Source: Lama glama
Taxonomy: Eukaryota
NCBI GenBank assembly: GCA_028534125.1
Contig: CM052818.1
Span: forward strand, 36,210,001-36,274,000
Length of the DNA: 64,000 nucleotides
Direction of reading: 5' to 3'
Part shown: in pieces, positions 1 through 34,543 of the stretch
Layout: each line of letters starts with the position of its first letter
Position numbering within the stretch: the first letter of the stretch is position 1
Translations under genes and position numbers: made by a program
Notes under the pieces: model-generated
Databases searched by the model: none
The model's input: only the letters and a program-made list of their open reading frames with translations
What the model was told of the DNA's origin: nothing

Positions 1-286
1 CGGCCCTTCAGAGGCTTGTTGCAGAGGGAAAGGGCAGGTGGGGGTGCAGAGGCCCATCACCATGTGGTGATTCCCTCATGTGCTGACCTGACCCAGATGC
101 TTCTGCGGTTTATTATACTTCTTCTCTTTAGGGAGAAGGGATTTTTTTAGATGAAGCCAGAAAAGGTGGCAGGGCCCAGAGATCACCTTATGTGCTAAGT
201 TGAGTCTGGACCTTATTGGGAGGGTTATGGGAAGCTACTGAAGGGTTCAGTTGGGGAGGGTTGATCACTCCACAAAGATTCCTGGG

Positions 287-435
287 CACAGGGAACTATA
301 TTCAACATCTTGTGGTAACTTATGATAAAAAGAATATGAAAATGAATATATGTATATTTATGTATGACTGAAGCATTATGCTGTACACCAGAAATGGACA
401 CATTATAAACTGACTATACTTCAATTAAAAAGAAA
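287..435 (+). mobile_element. LINE-1 3' end fragment
   Basis: acagggaactatattcaa...aactgactatacttcaattaaaaa with A/TA tail; similar to 17374-17560. Confidence 0.75.
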
Positions 436-929
436 ATATATATATATACACACACATACATACATATATACATACAAGATTTCTGGGGCTGCGAGGTGGA
501 GATGCCATCAGAAGTAACAGACTCAAGGGCAGATGACCATTTAAGGAGCTGTGACCATCCATAACGGCTGAGAAGCCAGAGAGGGGAGATGAGGAAATAA
601 AGCAAAATAAAGCCTTTGTCTTATATGAGGGGAGTTATATAATTATTGATATTTAAATAAAAATATTTGTTAAAATTGTTAGAGACTATGAAACCAGAAA
701 ACAGGACATGGAACTTCCAAATCACAAAAAGACAGAAACAAAGTAGTGTCATTCATTCCAGCAAAACTCAGGATGGAGGATAAAAAGGAAATATAAAGAA
801 AGCAGGACAGGACTTCTATTCTTTGGGTAGAATTCAGAAGTTTGCACGGGCCAGCACTCCTGCTACAACAATTAGAGGAAAACAAAAAAAATTTACACAC
901 TCCTGACCCTGCAAAATTCACAATTTTAA

Positions 930-1079
930 TTTTTTTAAATGTTTTTGTTGTTGTTGCTGGGGGGAGGTAATTAGTTTTACTTATTTATTTATTTATTTTT
1001 AAAGGAGGTACCAGGGAATTGAACCCAGGACCTCATGCTGCTAAGCATGTGTTCTACCACTTGAGCTATACCCTCCCCT
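930..1079 (-). mobile_element. tRNA-derived SINE (camelid Vic-1-like) with target-site duplication
   Basis: Reverse complement ggggagggtatagctcaagtggtaga...ggttcaattccc (A and B boxes); TSD caaaattcacaattttaa at 912-929 and 1080-1097. Confidence 0.85.
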
Positions 1080-1099
1080 CAAAATTCACAATTTTAAAG

Positions 1100-2095
1100 T
1101 CATTGGATAGCAGCGGAAACAACTCCAGAGAGGAGAGAGCCCTTCCAGAGTGAGCTGTCAGTCTCTGCCTACTTTCTTCCACGGGAGCTCTGGCCAACAT
1201 CAGGTAGCAGGGACCGATTCCTCCACGCTCCCAGAGTATCTCTTGGTGGGTTTTTCCTCCAAGGCCCTGGCGGGTGGGTAGTTAACCCTGTTCTGAACAT
1301 CGCCACCACCACCTGGGGGGCAAGTTGAGCATGACACTTGGGATAGGTTCTCCTGTTGGGAGCAAAGACCCTCTTCGCCCTGAGTACAGACAGCTTTCCC
1401 CAAAGCCTATCTGAAAAAGAACCACATAAAAAAAAAAAAAAAAACCACATAAAACACTAGAAGTATAAAAATAAAACTGAAAATAAGAACTCAATGGATG
1501 AGTTTAACAACAGATTATTAGACACAACTGAAGCAATAATTAGTAAAAAAAATACCTAGAATCAAATATGGAGCAACAAAAGGATGGAAAATATACAAGA
1601 AAGGGGTAAGAGACAGGGAAGATACAGTGAGAAAATCTAAGATGTGTTTAACTAGAGTCTCAGAAAGAATAGAGAGAAAGAATTACGGCAGAGGTAACAA
1701 TCACAGAGGAAATTAATGAGAACTTCCCAGAACTGACTGAAGACATCACTTTACAGCTACAAGAAGACCCGTGAATCCCAAGCAGGATCAATAAAAAGAA
1801 ATCCACATGGGAACATCAACGAAAACTGCCAAAAATCAAAGGTAACAAGAAAATCTTAAAAGCATCCAGAGAAAAAGACAACTATCTTCAAAGGAACAGC
1901 AGTAAGTCAGGCGACTGAAAGAGTAAAAGACAGTGGGACATGACATACGTTGAAAGAAAATATCCAGCAACCTAACATTCTTAATCCTGTGAGAACAGCC
2001 TTTAAGAATGCAGGTAAAACCTGGAAAAGGCTACAAACTGTGGGATTCCAACGATACGACATTCTGCAAAAGGCAGAACTGTGGAGACAGTAGAA
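1100..2095 (+). mobile_element. Degenerate old LINE-1 (5'/ORF1 remnants)
   Basis: A-rich strand with L1 ORF1-like phrases (gaactcaatggatgagtttaac, gaatcccaagcaggatcaataaaaagaaatccaca). Confidence 0.6.
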
Positions 2096-2121
2096 AGACC
2101 CGTCAGTTAGTGCACCTTTAC

Positions 2122-2278
2122 CTGCATGTGACTTGGGTTTTGCTCCCCACGGGTCTCACAGAGGCTTTGGGCTTCTCTTTTGGAACCACGCTGCGGAGAG
2201 TGGAAATGAACTGGGGCAGTCTGGCACACTGCCTGGCCTTCTCTAGTTCTTTAAATTCTCTTAAGGTACATCATTTTC
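2122..2278 (-). pseudogene. FAM228A: FAM228A 157-nt exon with in-frame stop
   Basis: cctgtag|GA AAA TGA TGT ACC... = GK*CTLREFKELEKARQCARLPQFISTLRSVVPKEKPKASVRPVGSKTQVTC|gtaaag; TGA at 2273-2271. Confidence 0.85.
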
Positions 2279-2397
2279 CTACAGGAAGATTAAAAACCCA
2301 AATCAACACTTAACATCAACGCTAGTCACTCTTGGGGGTAGGAAATCACTTGACAATTGGACATCTCGGAAGACAAAGTCCTACGATCACAAAGTAC

Positions 2398-2485
2398 CTG
2401 TCTTGTACGGAAGAACAGCTCTCTGCTCTTCAGCAGTGCCTCCCTGTCTTCTAAGCAGAGGATCATAGAACAGAGGCACGGTAAT
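2398..2485 (-). pseudogene. FAM228A: FAM228A 88-nt exon
   Basis: ttctcgcag|ITVPLFYDPLLRRQGGTAEEQRAVLPYKT-G|gtactt; same size and phase as FAM228B 22309-22396. Confidence 0.85.
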
Positions 2486-3729
2486 CTGCGAGAAAAATGA
2501 CTCTGAGGACCTGAGTATGATTTGTACTAAACATTTCAAATCTGTCAGAAGCATTGGAGTGTGGCCTTACTGTACACCGAAGCAGATGAGTGTAAGGACC
2601 CAGGAATAAGGTGACATGGAGCCGGGTAAGGTTAAACGCCACCCGCCTCAGTCTAGGGTATTTCACTGAGCCATACGTGGCTGACTGCAGTGAGGGCTGC
2701 CCAGTGTCACTGCATCAGTCAATACACATCTGCTGATGCCGTGTGCTGCATGCCCGTGAGGTCCTGTCCTCGGGGATCTTGCATCTAGAACAGATGAGTG
2801 GCAGACAACGACCATCTGGTCATGAGAGGCATCAGCTCAAAGTACACAAGGCAGAACTCTAAGCTGGTCTGGGAGGAAGGGCGCCCCCTGCGGGGAGCCT
2901 GTGAGAACATCGGTGTGCTGAGGGGCGGGGCAGGCATGCAGAGATCGTGGAGGAAGGTGGCTTTCTCCTCCCCCAACCTGATTATAAACTTTAGACAGAG
3001 GGATCGCTTCCCCCTCTTTACTTCCCTACATACTTGACCTTGAGCCAAATGCTGTTTGCAAGGGAAAAACAGCCACTGAATAAGGAGGCAGCATAATGAC
3101 TGCCCAGCACAATACTCAGAAAGTCAGAGCGCAAAGAACCTTCCTGTCTTCACAATCGTGATCTGCCTTGGTTTTTGGGGAGAAGCAAAATAAATCACTT
3201 CTCTCTTCAGAGATGCACACATCTTTTAAATCAATAGCAACATAAGGTGGCTAATTCTGCTACACAGGAGTAAAAACCTGAACCCCAAGTCCCAAGTTTT
3301 AATGCGTATATTTATTGGCAGTTTAAAATGTGAAGACTCATTACAAGCTCACCTATTGGCTCCCTGGGCAGCCTGTCCTGCCATCCCTCCTCCCACCTTC
3401 CCGAGAAAGGAGTGCTCACTGTCACGGTTCTGTGACATTCTCATCACACCCTCTGTCCCCTCCCTCCTGGGCTCCCAGTTTGCTGAATGTGAGTGGATGG
3501 TTGAATGAATGAATGAACCAATTATCACACACAGGCAAGGGCCTTTTTCACAATGTCAACTCTCAAGCAGCCAAAATTACTTTGGGTTGCTATTCCAAAA
3601 CTCAAGGGAAATGCTTTTGTGGATTTCTCTTTAAATGTAGAAAAACTACAAGACTTCTAAAATGAACAGGTTTTCCCCTAGCTCAGAGCTTCTAAGAATA
3701 AAATAGATAAAAGTATGAAACTTGCTAAC

Positions 3730-3810
3730 CTTTCCATAATTTGGGTCCTTTTTTGTCATATAAAAAGGATCGTACACTTCAGGGTCATAAAAGTCTCCAA
3801 GCATAATTTC
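3730..3810 (-). pseudogene. FAM228A: FAM228A 81-nt exon
   Basis: cctaaag|EIMLGDFYDPEVYDPFYMTKKDPNYGK|gttagc; parallels FAM228[28 protein letters not shown]. Confidence 0.88.
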
Positions 3811-4879
3811 CTTTAGGGGAAAAAAAAAGTACACTTAAGAGCAAACCACTACATACAAATGTATTCTCCAAGATCCAAAACAGCCAAATACTTTATTCCA
3901 TTTTTATATGAAATCATAGATTCAGAAGATTAGAAGAAATCTCAGAAGTAATTCAGACTGTGATGGGAGTCCACCACCTTTGGGGAGAAGTAATCATCCA
4001 GCTTTAAACTCAGGTCATCAACTAGCCTTAGTTTGGGAACTTTCTGCCCCATGAGGCAGGTAGTCTATGGGTCATTCTAACCACCAGGAAGTCTGTCCTT
4101 AAGACAGAGCTGAATCTGTCTTGTCATTGCCAGTTCTCCCTCTGGAAGCAACACAAAATAAATCTACTCTTCGTCTGCATGTTAGCCTTTTATACGTGTA
4201 CTCAAGTCATCTCCTCCTGGGGCTAAATACGCTGTATTTCTTTCCACTCTTCCTCCTGTGAAATGCTGTCAAGACTCCACCTTCCTCTTAAGGTTCTGGT
4301 GACTGTCCCATCTGCAATGTGAATCAGGAGTGACGAGACAGCCGCAGGGTGGACAGACTGGACCTGATGCTCCCCTCTCTGTCCAGCCTGAGAGCTTGGG
4401 TGGTGGTTTCTTGGACGCCAGCTCACATGGCTGACTCACACTCAATTTACTGTCATTTAAAATAACTTGGATTTCAACACATGGCTTTTCTAAGGCATGG
4501 CTTCCCCATCCTACATTTGTGCGATCACATGTCTGGGCAGACTTGTACGACGCGTACTTTTGGTTTCAAAGAGACTTGGATTCAACCTTGAGCTCTGCCT
4601 CTCAGGGAATTTAGGAAGTATTTTCTGGAAGCACATCCACAAATGTTCTGGAAGCACATCCAGATATTTTGCTCAGTAAATTATACCTAAAAGCTCTAAC
4701 ATTCCAGTCAAATTACTTTAGACCTCTACTGAATCCCTGGAAATTTGGGTGGGCTCCAATTTCAAAAGAGGGTCCTGATCTCAAAGTTAAAACAGAAAAA
4801 TCTTCCACAGAAGAAGCCAAAATTGTGTTCTTGTTGTGTAAACCCAAACTGAAGTGCAGAGGGTAGAAATTGGTGGTCC

Positions 4880-5365
4880 CTTCACCTAATAGTTGGCTAA
4901 CTCCACAGCCATGGAATCCCCTTCTCTCTTGCCTACATCTACTAGAGAGAATGGAAAGCCACACTCTTCCCTGGCTTCTGGCTAGGACTTGAGATGTGAC
5001 CCAGTTATGGCCAGTAAGACCTCAAGGGAAATCTGCTAGGAGTTTCTGGGGACTCTTTTTGCTTCCTGATCAAAGGATGAGGTGTAAGAAAAGGGTCTCC
5101 TGACATTATTCCTTATCCCTTTTTCTTGTCCTGAACACAGACCTAATACCTGGACCTGAAGCAACCAAACATGCTTACAAAAGTGAGGGTGATGGGCATA
5201 CACTGAAAATATTCAGGATAGCAGAATAGAAAGATAGAAAAAAAAAACCTGGGTGATTAATGATGTTGTTATGCTGCCAGAACCCACCATGAGACCACCT
5301 ACCCCTCTATTTCTTGTTGAGTAACCAATAAATGTCCTTATGGTTTAAGCCACTGTTATTCTATT
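4880..5365 (+). mobile_element. MaLR (MLT1-like) LTR remnant
   Basis: gatgtgacccagttatggcc...aataaatgtccttatggtttaagccactg pattern typical of MLT1. Confidence 0.55.
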
Positions 5366-5584
5366 AACATTTACCTAAAAGCAGTCCTGATAAGTCTAGT
5401 TCCAAATCAGCACTTCTATTCCTGCTATCCGGAACTCCAGGTTTAAAAATGCAGTAGGCTGTATTACAGCTCCATGAATTCATCTTAAATACAAAAATAA
5501 ATTTGGGACTGTTCACATAATCAATGAAAATGTTGGTCCAACTTTTCAAATTGTACTTTGTTAAAAGAAAAAAACTCTCAGTAC

Positions 5585-5771
5585 CGTTTTATTTGTGTGT
5601 TTCAAAAAATACTCAAAATTCTCGTTTTGTTTTTTCCAACCCTTTATATGAAATTACTTTTTCCACAATTCTCTGAAGAGGACTTGCGACATTTTCAGTC
5701 CATTTCTTGTGTAACATCTCTTTCCTTCTTTCCTTAAAAACATCCAGATGCTGAAAATACGTATCCAATCT
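5585..5771 (-). pseudogene. FAM228A: FAM228A 187-nt exon, frameshifted
   Basis: RLDTYFQHLDVFKERRKEMLHKKWTENVASPLQRIVEKVISYKGLEKTKREF* (TGA 5615-5613). The homologous tail ENFEYFLKHTNKT lies in another frame; the FAM228B exon is 192 nt. Confidence 0.82.
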
Positions 5772-6726
5772 CTAATGAAGTGATACAAACGAGGAAAACA
5801 AATGATTAAGAAGTTCTCCATTTATTTTCACTTGAATCAGGGGGAAAAACACTTGTTTCCACTCCTAAGCTCTCAGCATATTTGGGCTGCAAAATCCTAG
5901 CATATGATAATTAAAGAAAAGAATAAAGTTCAGAAAGGGAATCTGGGAGCCTAGAGCAGGAAGACCCCATGAGCAGTTCTATACCACAACTGTGTCTTCA
6001 GATTAAACTACATCCAAATCATTCCTACTTCATGCTGCTTCTTTTTAAGGATTCAAAGCATTCCCTGGTCACACATTCCATGCCCCCAGCCTTCATCATC
6101 AGTAAAGTCCGTGATAAAAGTAGTACAGGAAAAAGAGGACTAAACACTTCAACACCTCTCTCTCTGACGCTATGAAAGGAGAGTAATCCCACCTACCTCT
6201 TTTGATGCTCAAATGAGAATATATTAAACTTCCTTTATAAATTATGTCACAGTACAAATGTTTAAGTATCATTAAACACCAAACTTCAGTTCTTCTCACT
6301 GAGATTAAAACCTCCTTAAATTTATTAATTCCATAGTGACGATCAGCACTGATTGGCCATTACCCTTAAATACTCATTCATTTCTCATGGCTTTATATAA
6401 CCTCACTGTGATGTGGGAACGTATGAGAGAGAGGTAAATTTTAGGAAAGAAATTCTATTCAGTTCCAGGACAAAGAGAGGGAGCAGTTAGAACAATCTCT
6501 CAGATCCCTTAAGGATAGAACTGAGAATTCCAACCTCTTAGTACTTCTGCAAGGAGATGGTGCAATCTCAGATCTCTGTAGTATAAATGAGTGATTCAGA
6601 GGAGGCTCATTCTCCCAGCAAAGTGACTCTCTTTGACACAGTAAAAACCTCTTGGTGACACTGCTCTGCATCACTCTTGCATACCTAGAACACACTTAGA
6701 ATCCACAGTCTGTAGCCAACTGTTAC

Positions 6727-6795
6727 CTTTACAACACAATTATCTCTAAATAATATTGCATGTACAGCTTTATCAATATCTTCTCTAGCCAACAC
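6727..6795 (-). pseudogene. FAM228A: FAM228A 69-nt exon
   Basis: ttttag|VLAREDIDKAVHAILFRDNCVVK|gtaaca; same size as FAM228B exon 27750-27818. Confidence 0.88.
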
Positions 6796-8571
6796 CTAAA
6801 ATTACAGAATTATATATTAGAATTAAATGTTTATAGAATTAAATAGTAGGATGTAAATCCTGAAGAAGCAAATCAGTGACAAAACTCAGTGTATTTTACC
6901 AATAGCTTTAGTGTGAATCTAACATCTGTACCTCAAAACATATTTTGTAACTCTTTATTTTGGAAAATTTCAAACACAGTTCTTCTCCATGAACCCTTCC
7001 CCCAGGTTCAACAATTATCAACTTAATCTTATTTCATCTAAATCCCTACTCACTCCGCTGACCCTTACCCAGATTATTTTGAAACAAGTCCCTTACATCA
7101 CACCTTTATGTTCAAAGTACCAATAAAGTTTTCTAAGTAAAGGGCTCCTCTACAAAACAAAGCCTCTGTACAGACATTCAGGAGGTATGTTTTAAAAGGC
7201 CCTTGAAGCTTCCTGACTTCTGCTGGGTCTCTTTATAATTCAAAACCTCTTTATACGTCAAAACTGCAGAGAATCTGATTTAGTTCGACTGGTCCAAGCC
7301 AGTCAGTTGGTGGCTCCTGGCAGAAGACCAAGACTGTCTTACAGCTAGGTCTTTTTTGCTGTTTCCATTACAAGTTTGGGTCAAGCTGATGCACTTAAAT
7401 CCTTACTTAAGGGATTGTCATTTGGATCACTATGAACTGATCTTCCCAGCTTTTATTCTCACACAACTAAGTGGGGACAAATGGAAAAACAATAAAAATT
7501 CAGTGTCTGGAAGAGAATGCTGTTACCTAAAAGAATTGACTAGTGTAAGGTGATACAGGTTCTTAAAATTATGTTACTCTATCTCTGGCTCTTCTTTCAG
7601 TTCTGCTGCCACAGTGAGTGCATGAAAATAAACTAAACCCCAAACTCAAATTCCACGACTATGAATAAGAGAAATCTCAAAAGAGAGTTGTATTTTTACT
7701 CACATATTTAACAGAGTCACATGAAATGTAAAATGATATTCAGACAGCTACTAGGGTTTTCTCCAAAATAAAACTCTCTTGATAATAATAAACAGAATCT
7801 TGGTTCAAAACAAAGCCTTCGTACACTTATTTTAAAATGCAATTGAAAAATCATGTAAAACAATTAAACATTTTCCCCGATTCGACAACACAAATTTAGA
7901 ATAAATCAATCTATGTATCTGGAGAAGCAGAAACATACTCTTTGGCAATCACTTTGGGATATCATCTTTTTTCAGCCATCCTATTAACATTACTACCAAA
8001 TGTTATACATACCATTGGTCACGTGTCAGATTTTTAAACCACCTCTTTTTGCTTAAGGAAATTGGCAGATTTTGTCTTTCATAGCTTCTCCTTGGTGATT
8101 TTGTCAGAAAACGTAAGGAGGATGTTAATGATTTCTAGCAGCACTTTTGAAATCCACAGCTTTCTGTACACACATACACCACTCTTACTATAAATCACCA
8201 CAGTAAAAAGAGTAAAATAAAAGAACTATCCAACAGCTTCTCTTTACAGAGAAGAAGGTTATAGTGTCACATAAAACAATGAAACTTTCTTTATGAAAAA
8301 AATCTTTGCTTTACCAGGCCCTAAAGTACCAAGAATTAACTGGCAAGCCCAGACTTGGCTCCTCCTGCAGGGCGAGCTCGAGGACTACTGTGTTTACGCA
8401 CTGCCGCTGGGTCGCAGCCCTGACCCCACACCGCCACAGGAAAACACTAGAGCCACACTGGGCCAAATCTGATCCCAGGCCATTCCCACTCAACGAATTT
8501 TTTGAGCGCCAAGTCTATGCCAGGTGCTGCTCTAGCTCTGAGGAAAACAACTGTGATTAAGACACACTAGT

Positions 8572-8639
8572 AACACTGGAATTTGACACAACATTGTAAA
8601 ATGATTATAAATCAATAAAAAATGTTAAAAAAAAAAAAA
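8572..8639 (+). mobile_element. Ultra-short young retro-insertion (L1 3' tip) with poly(A) and TSD
   Basis: TSD aagacacactagt at 8559-8571 and 8640-8652. Confidence 0.85.
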
Positions 8640-8713
8640 AAGACACACTAGTTCCTAAAGCTCAAGGGATTCATATCCCACCACCAAAAAGAGCACCCCC
8701 AAATGCCGCATTA

Positions 8714-8854
<141 letters not shown>

Positions 8855-9014
8855 TTAGGCGATTACAGTTGAAAAAGCAAGGCCTTTGGGTTCAGAAAGG
8901 GGTTTGAATCCTTGCTCTGCCACTTCCTAGTCTAGGTAACTAAAACAAAAAAATCCTGAGCGTCCCTAAGAGCGCTCAAAAAGGGGGTGATTAGGTCTAC
9001 CCAACCTGTGGCCT

Positions 9015-9365
9015 TTGGACCTAGTCAGGCAACACCTTGCAGGTTTCCGGGCACCACTACCACCAAGGAGGGCCGGAGGGGTTGCCCCGGGACGAACTCC
9101 GGGTGATCTCAGGTCTGGGTGGCCGCTTACTCCCCCACCTCCGGCTCCAGGCCAGCAGCAGACTGTTCTGGGAGGTAAAAAGGAGCTCCTTTTAAAAACA
9201 AATCAAAGCACTGTGCTCAGACCCTCGCCCCTCTCCCCATCCCCTCCCTACACCTCTGATTCAGGGAGGAGGGGAGCTCGGGCCCCATCCCCTGGGCCCC
9301 CAGCCCCTCCGCCCACGTGAGGCCGCGCCCTGGGGGGTCTTCAACAGACTGATCCGACGCCACCT
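9015..9365 (-). promoter_or_regulatory. GC/CpG-rich putative FAM228A promoter and non-coding first exon
   Basis: Local GC/CpG enrichment just upstream of the first FAM228A coding exon; minus-strand donor GGA|gtaagc at 9131/9130. Confidence 0.55.
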
Positions 9366-9868
9366 TGTTTTAATTAAAATAAACTGAGGTCATGTAAATT
9401 AATACTAAAGAGAATTTCGAATTTATCTGTATGCTGCACGGCTACAAGTAGAAGAGGGGAGTGATTTTCAGTGCCCTTTTTGCCTGAGGAAAACAAAATT
9501 TCTCCTGTGCGCTAGGTCCCACTGGATCTTCCTGTGACTAAGAGTCAAACTCAGCATAAACCAGAGGGTGATAGGCAGAATCAGAATCAGCAAGTGGGAA
9601 ATCACACTCAAAATAAAATTTTAAATTTTCTAAAGGCGGTTGGGAAAACCTGCAGAGAATATGTGGGTGTGGATTTTAAGGATACCTGACTTAATTAAGG
9701 GAAAGACCCAGTGAATTGAGCTGGGTGCTAAGTAAGGTAGCTATTAGCATTTCTACTGTATCTTTCAGGCAATATTTCTGGGGAAAACACACTTGCAGTA
9801 ACTGCCAATTTATGGTAATGCCATTTCTTAGCTATCACACAGACACCGGACTCAAACATTAAGTGAAG

Positions 9869-9874
9869 TTTATT
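9869..9874 (-). terminator. Putative FAM228B polyadenylation signal AATAAA
   Basis: tttatt on the plus strand, downstream of the putative terminal exon. Confidence 0.55.
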
Positions 9875-10002
9875 GCAGACGCTTTTCTTAGACACAGGAC
9901 ATTTCTCCATGGCCTTCCTTGGTCCTCATCCTGAATGACTCCTGCTGGCAGATGGCTTCCTTGAAGCAGCCTTCTTTTGTGCCCTCTTTTACCAGTAAAC
10001 GA

Positions 10003-32635
<22,633 letters not shown>

Positions 32636-33039
32636 TTAGTAATGAGAATTGACAATTATTTTCTCTTCTGTTTAATTAATAATCAATATTTGTGGCCATG
32701 AACGGACGTGGAATGGATTCTGGACATCAGACATCCACGCTTTCCGTAACAAGAGAGGCCTCCACTACAGGCTTCTGCGGATGTCTTCAGAGCCAGCCTC
32801 CCTTTAAGCAGGGGAGTTCCTGCACCCACCCACCGCCCCCTGGAGTTCCAGGCTTCCCACAGCGTCCATTCGCGCCGGTGTGGCAATTATCAGCCTGGCT
32901 TCTAGGAGTCGCATTTGCAGTTTCTGACTTTGAATGGGCAGTTACAGCTTTCTGGCTACTGAAGCACACACAGGTTGGGCCTCTTAAGAGAAGGAAGGAA
33001 GGACTTTTGAACAAAAATTGCTTGTCTTCGAGCTCTGAG

Positions 33040-33900
33040 AGGCTCAAACCGCCCCCCGGCCCCGACCACGCCAGAGGTAGACCTACAGCCCCCACGACTC
33101 CACCCCGTCCTTCCTACCCCGCGGGCAAGATGCGTGCGGCCTCCGTCCTGCCTGGCAGGGGGGTTGCTGACCGCGACCGATACCTCAGCTCCCCTCCCCA
33201 GACTGGGAAGGCCTCTGGCTCCCCTCCACCACGCGGGGACCCAGGCCGACGGCCCACCGTCCCTGAGTTGGCGGCGGCAGCGGGAGGGTGAGCCCTCCTC
33301 GGACACCCGCCTCGACCCAGCTGGAATCCGTCGCCTCGGGATGTGAGAACGTTTCGCGTCCAGCGTCTCCAGACGCAGCAGCCTCTCCGCCGCGGCGGAC
33401 AACTAGCCCGCGCGGCGCCGAAGCGATTGGAGGACTCCGAATTCCGTGGGGTCTCCGAGTCCGGAGACCCGACCGCTGCGACCCTGAGCCCCGCGCAACT
33501 GCGCTCCCGCAACCCGGTCCGCGGAGAAGGAACCTGGAGAGCCGTACCGCCGGCCAGCGGGCAGACCGTGGATTTGGGAAGCAGCAGTAGCGCTTCTCGG
33601 TGACGGGCAGCTGTCTCAGCCAATACCTGAGCACGTCGTCCTCTCGCCCCGCCTTCCCTCTGCCGTTGACTGGCGCCTGCGCCGCACGCCGGGAGAGTGC
33701 TGGGCTCCATCCCTGATACCCTAGTGTCTTCCCTCAGGTCTGGCGCGCCGCGCTTCCCCCAGCCCACTGTGCCTCCTGTGCGTCTCCCCAGCCAACCAGT
33801 GGACACTAACCCCCTACCTCGCCCTCAGTAACCCTGATCCAGGGAGACCCCCGTGGGCCACGTCACCGCGAAGGGTGTGGTGGGCAAGGGGCACCTGCCT
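33040..33900. promoter_or_regulatory. CpG island, shared divergent promoter of FAM228B and PFN4
   Basis: Dense CpG/GC tract between the FAM228B ATG (32578, minus) and the PFN4 ATG (34427, plus); both first coding exons have upstream acceptors. Confidence 0.8.
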
Positions 33901-34426
33901 CAGTATCCCTTGGAAGGACGAGTGTTTGTGGAGTGTGTCCCAATGAAGGACGGTGCAAGAAGACTTGGGAACTTGCGCGAATGTCGCTTTGAGTACCTTA
34001 AGGATGTTTTTAGTCGCATGGAGTGTTGACCGTGTCCATAGTTGGTGCTGATGCTGGTCAGTGGGAAAGGAACGTGTGGACACAGCATATCTCGTTTAGT
34101 CTTGTTTATTTAAGTGGTTCTACATTTTGTCAGGTTTTTTATTTTTGATTTTTAGTCCTAGATGATTATGATGCAAACCATTGACAAAGCTGTGATTTTC
34201 CAAACTCATAACCCTCTCGCTGAACTGACTTTCTATGATTGTTTTCCTCTTCAAGTACTGGTGGACGCTAGATGATGGACCGCCATATCCACTCTTTATC
34301 TTTTCAAAGAGCATGTGCTGACGTTAAAACTGTCCAGAGTGTCTTACGGATATTTGTATTCACAGGCCTTTTAAAAACTAGCCAGGGCAGATCATTTCAA
34401 CTGCAGTTGCCTTTTTCAGAGGAAGC

Positions 34427-34543
34427 ATGAGCCATCTGCAGAACTTACTGTTAGATACCCTACTGGGAACGAAGCATGTGGACAGTGCAGCCCTCATCAA
34501 ACTCCAGGAGCGGAGCCTTTGTGTAGCATCACCAGGATTCAGT
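34427..34543 (+). CDS. PFN4: PFN4 coding exon 1
   Basis: [39 protein letters not shown]|gtaaga; acceptor at 34419/34420. Confidence 0.95.

Noticed and set aside
85..190. Possible next FAM228A exon (cctaaagagaagaag...cag|gtcagc, minus strand)
   Set aside because: No convincing acceptor, frame or homology could be established by eye.
32692..33806. Long overlapping ORFs (199, 230, 149, 148 aa)
   Set aside because: They lie in a CpG island where stops are rare; low-complexity R/P/G/A composition and no recognisable domain.
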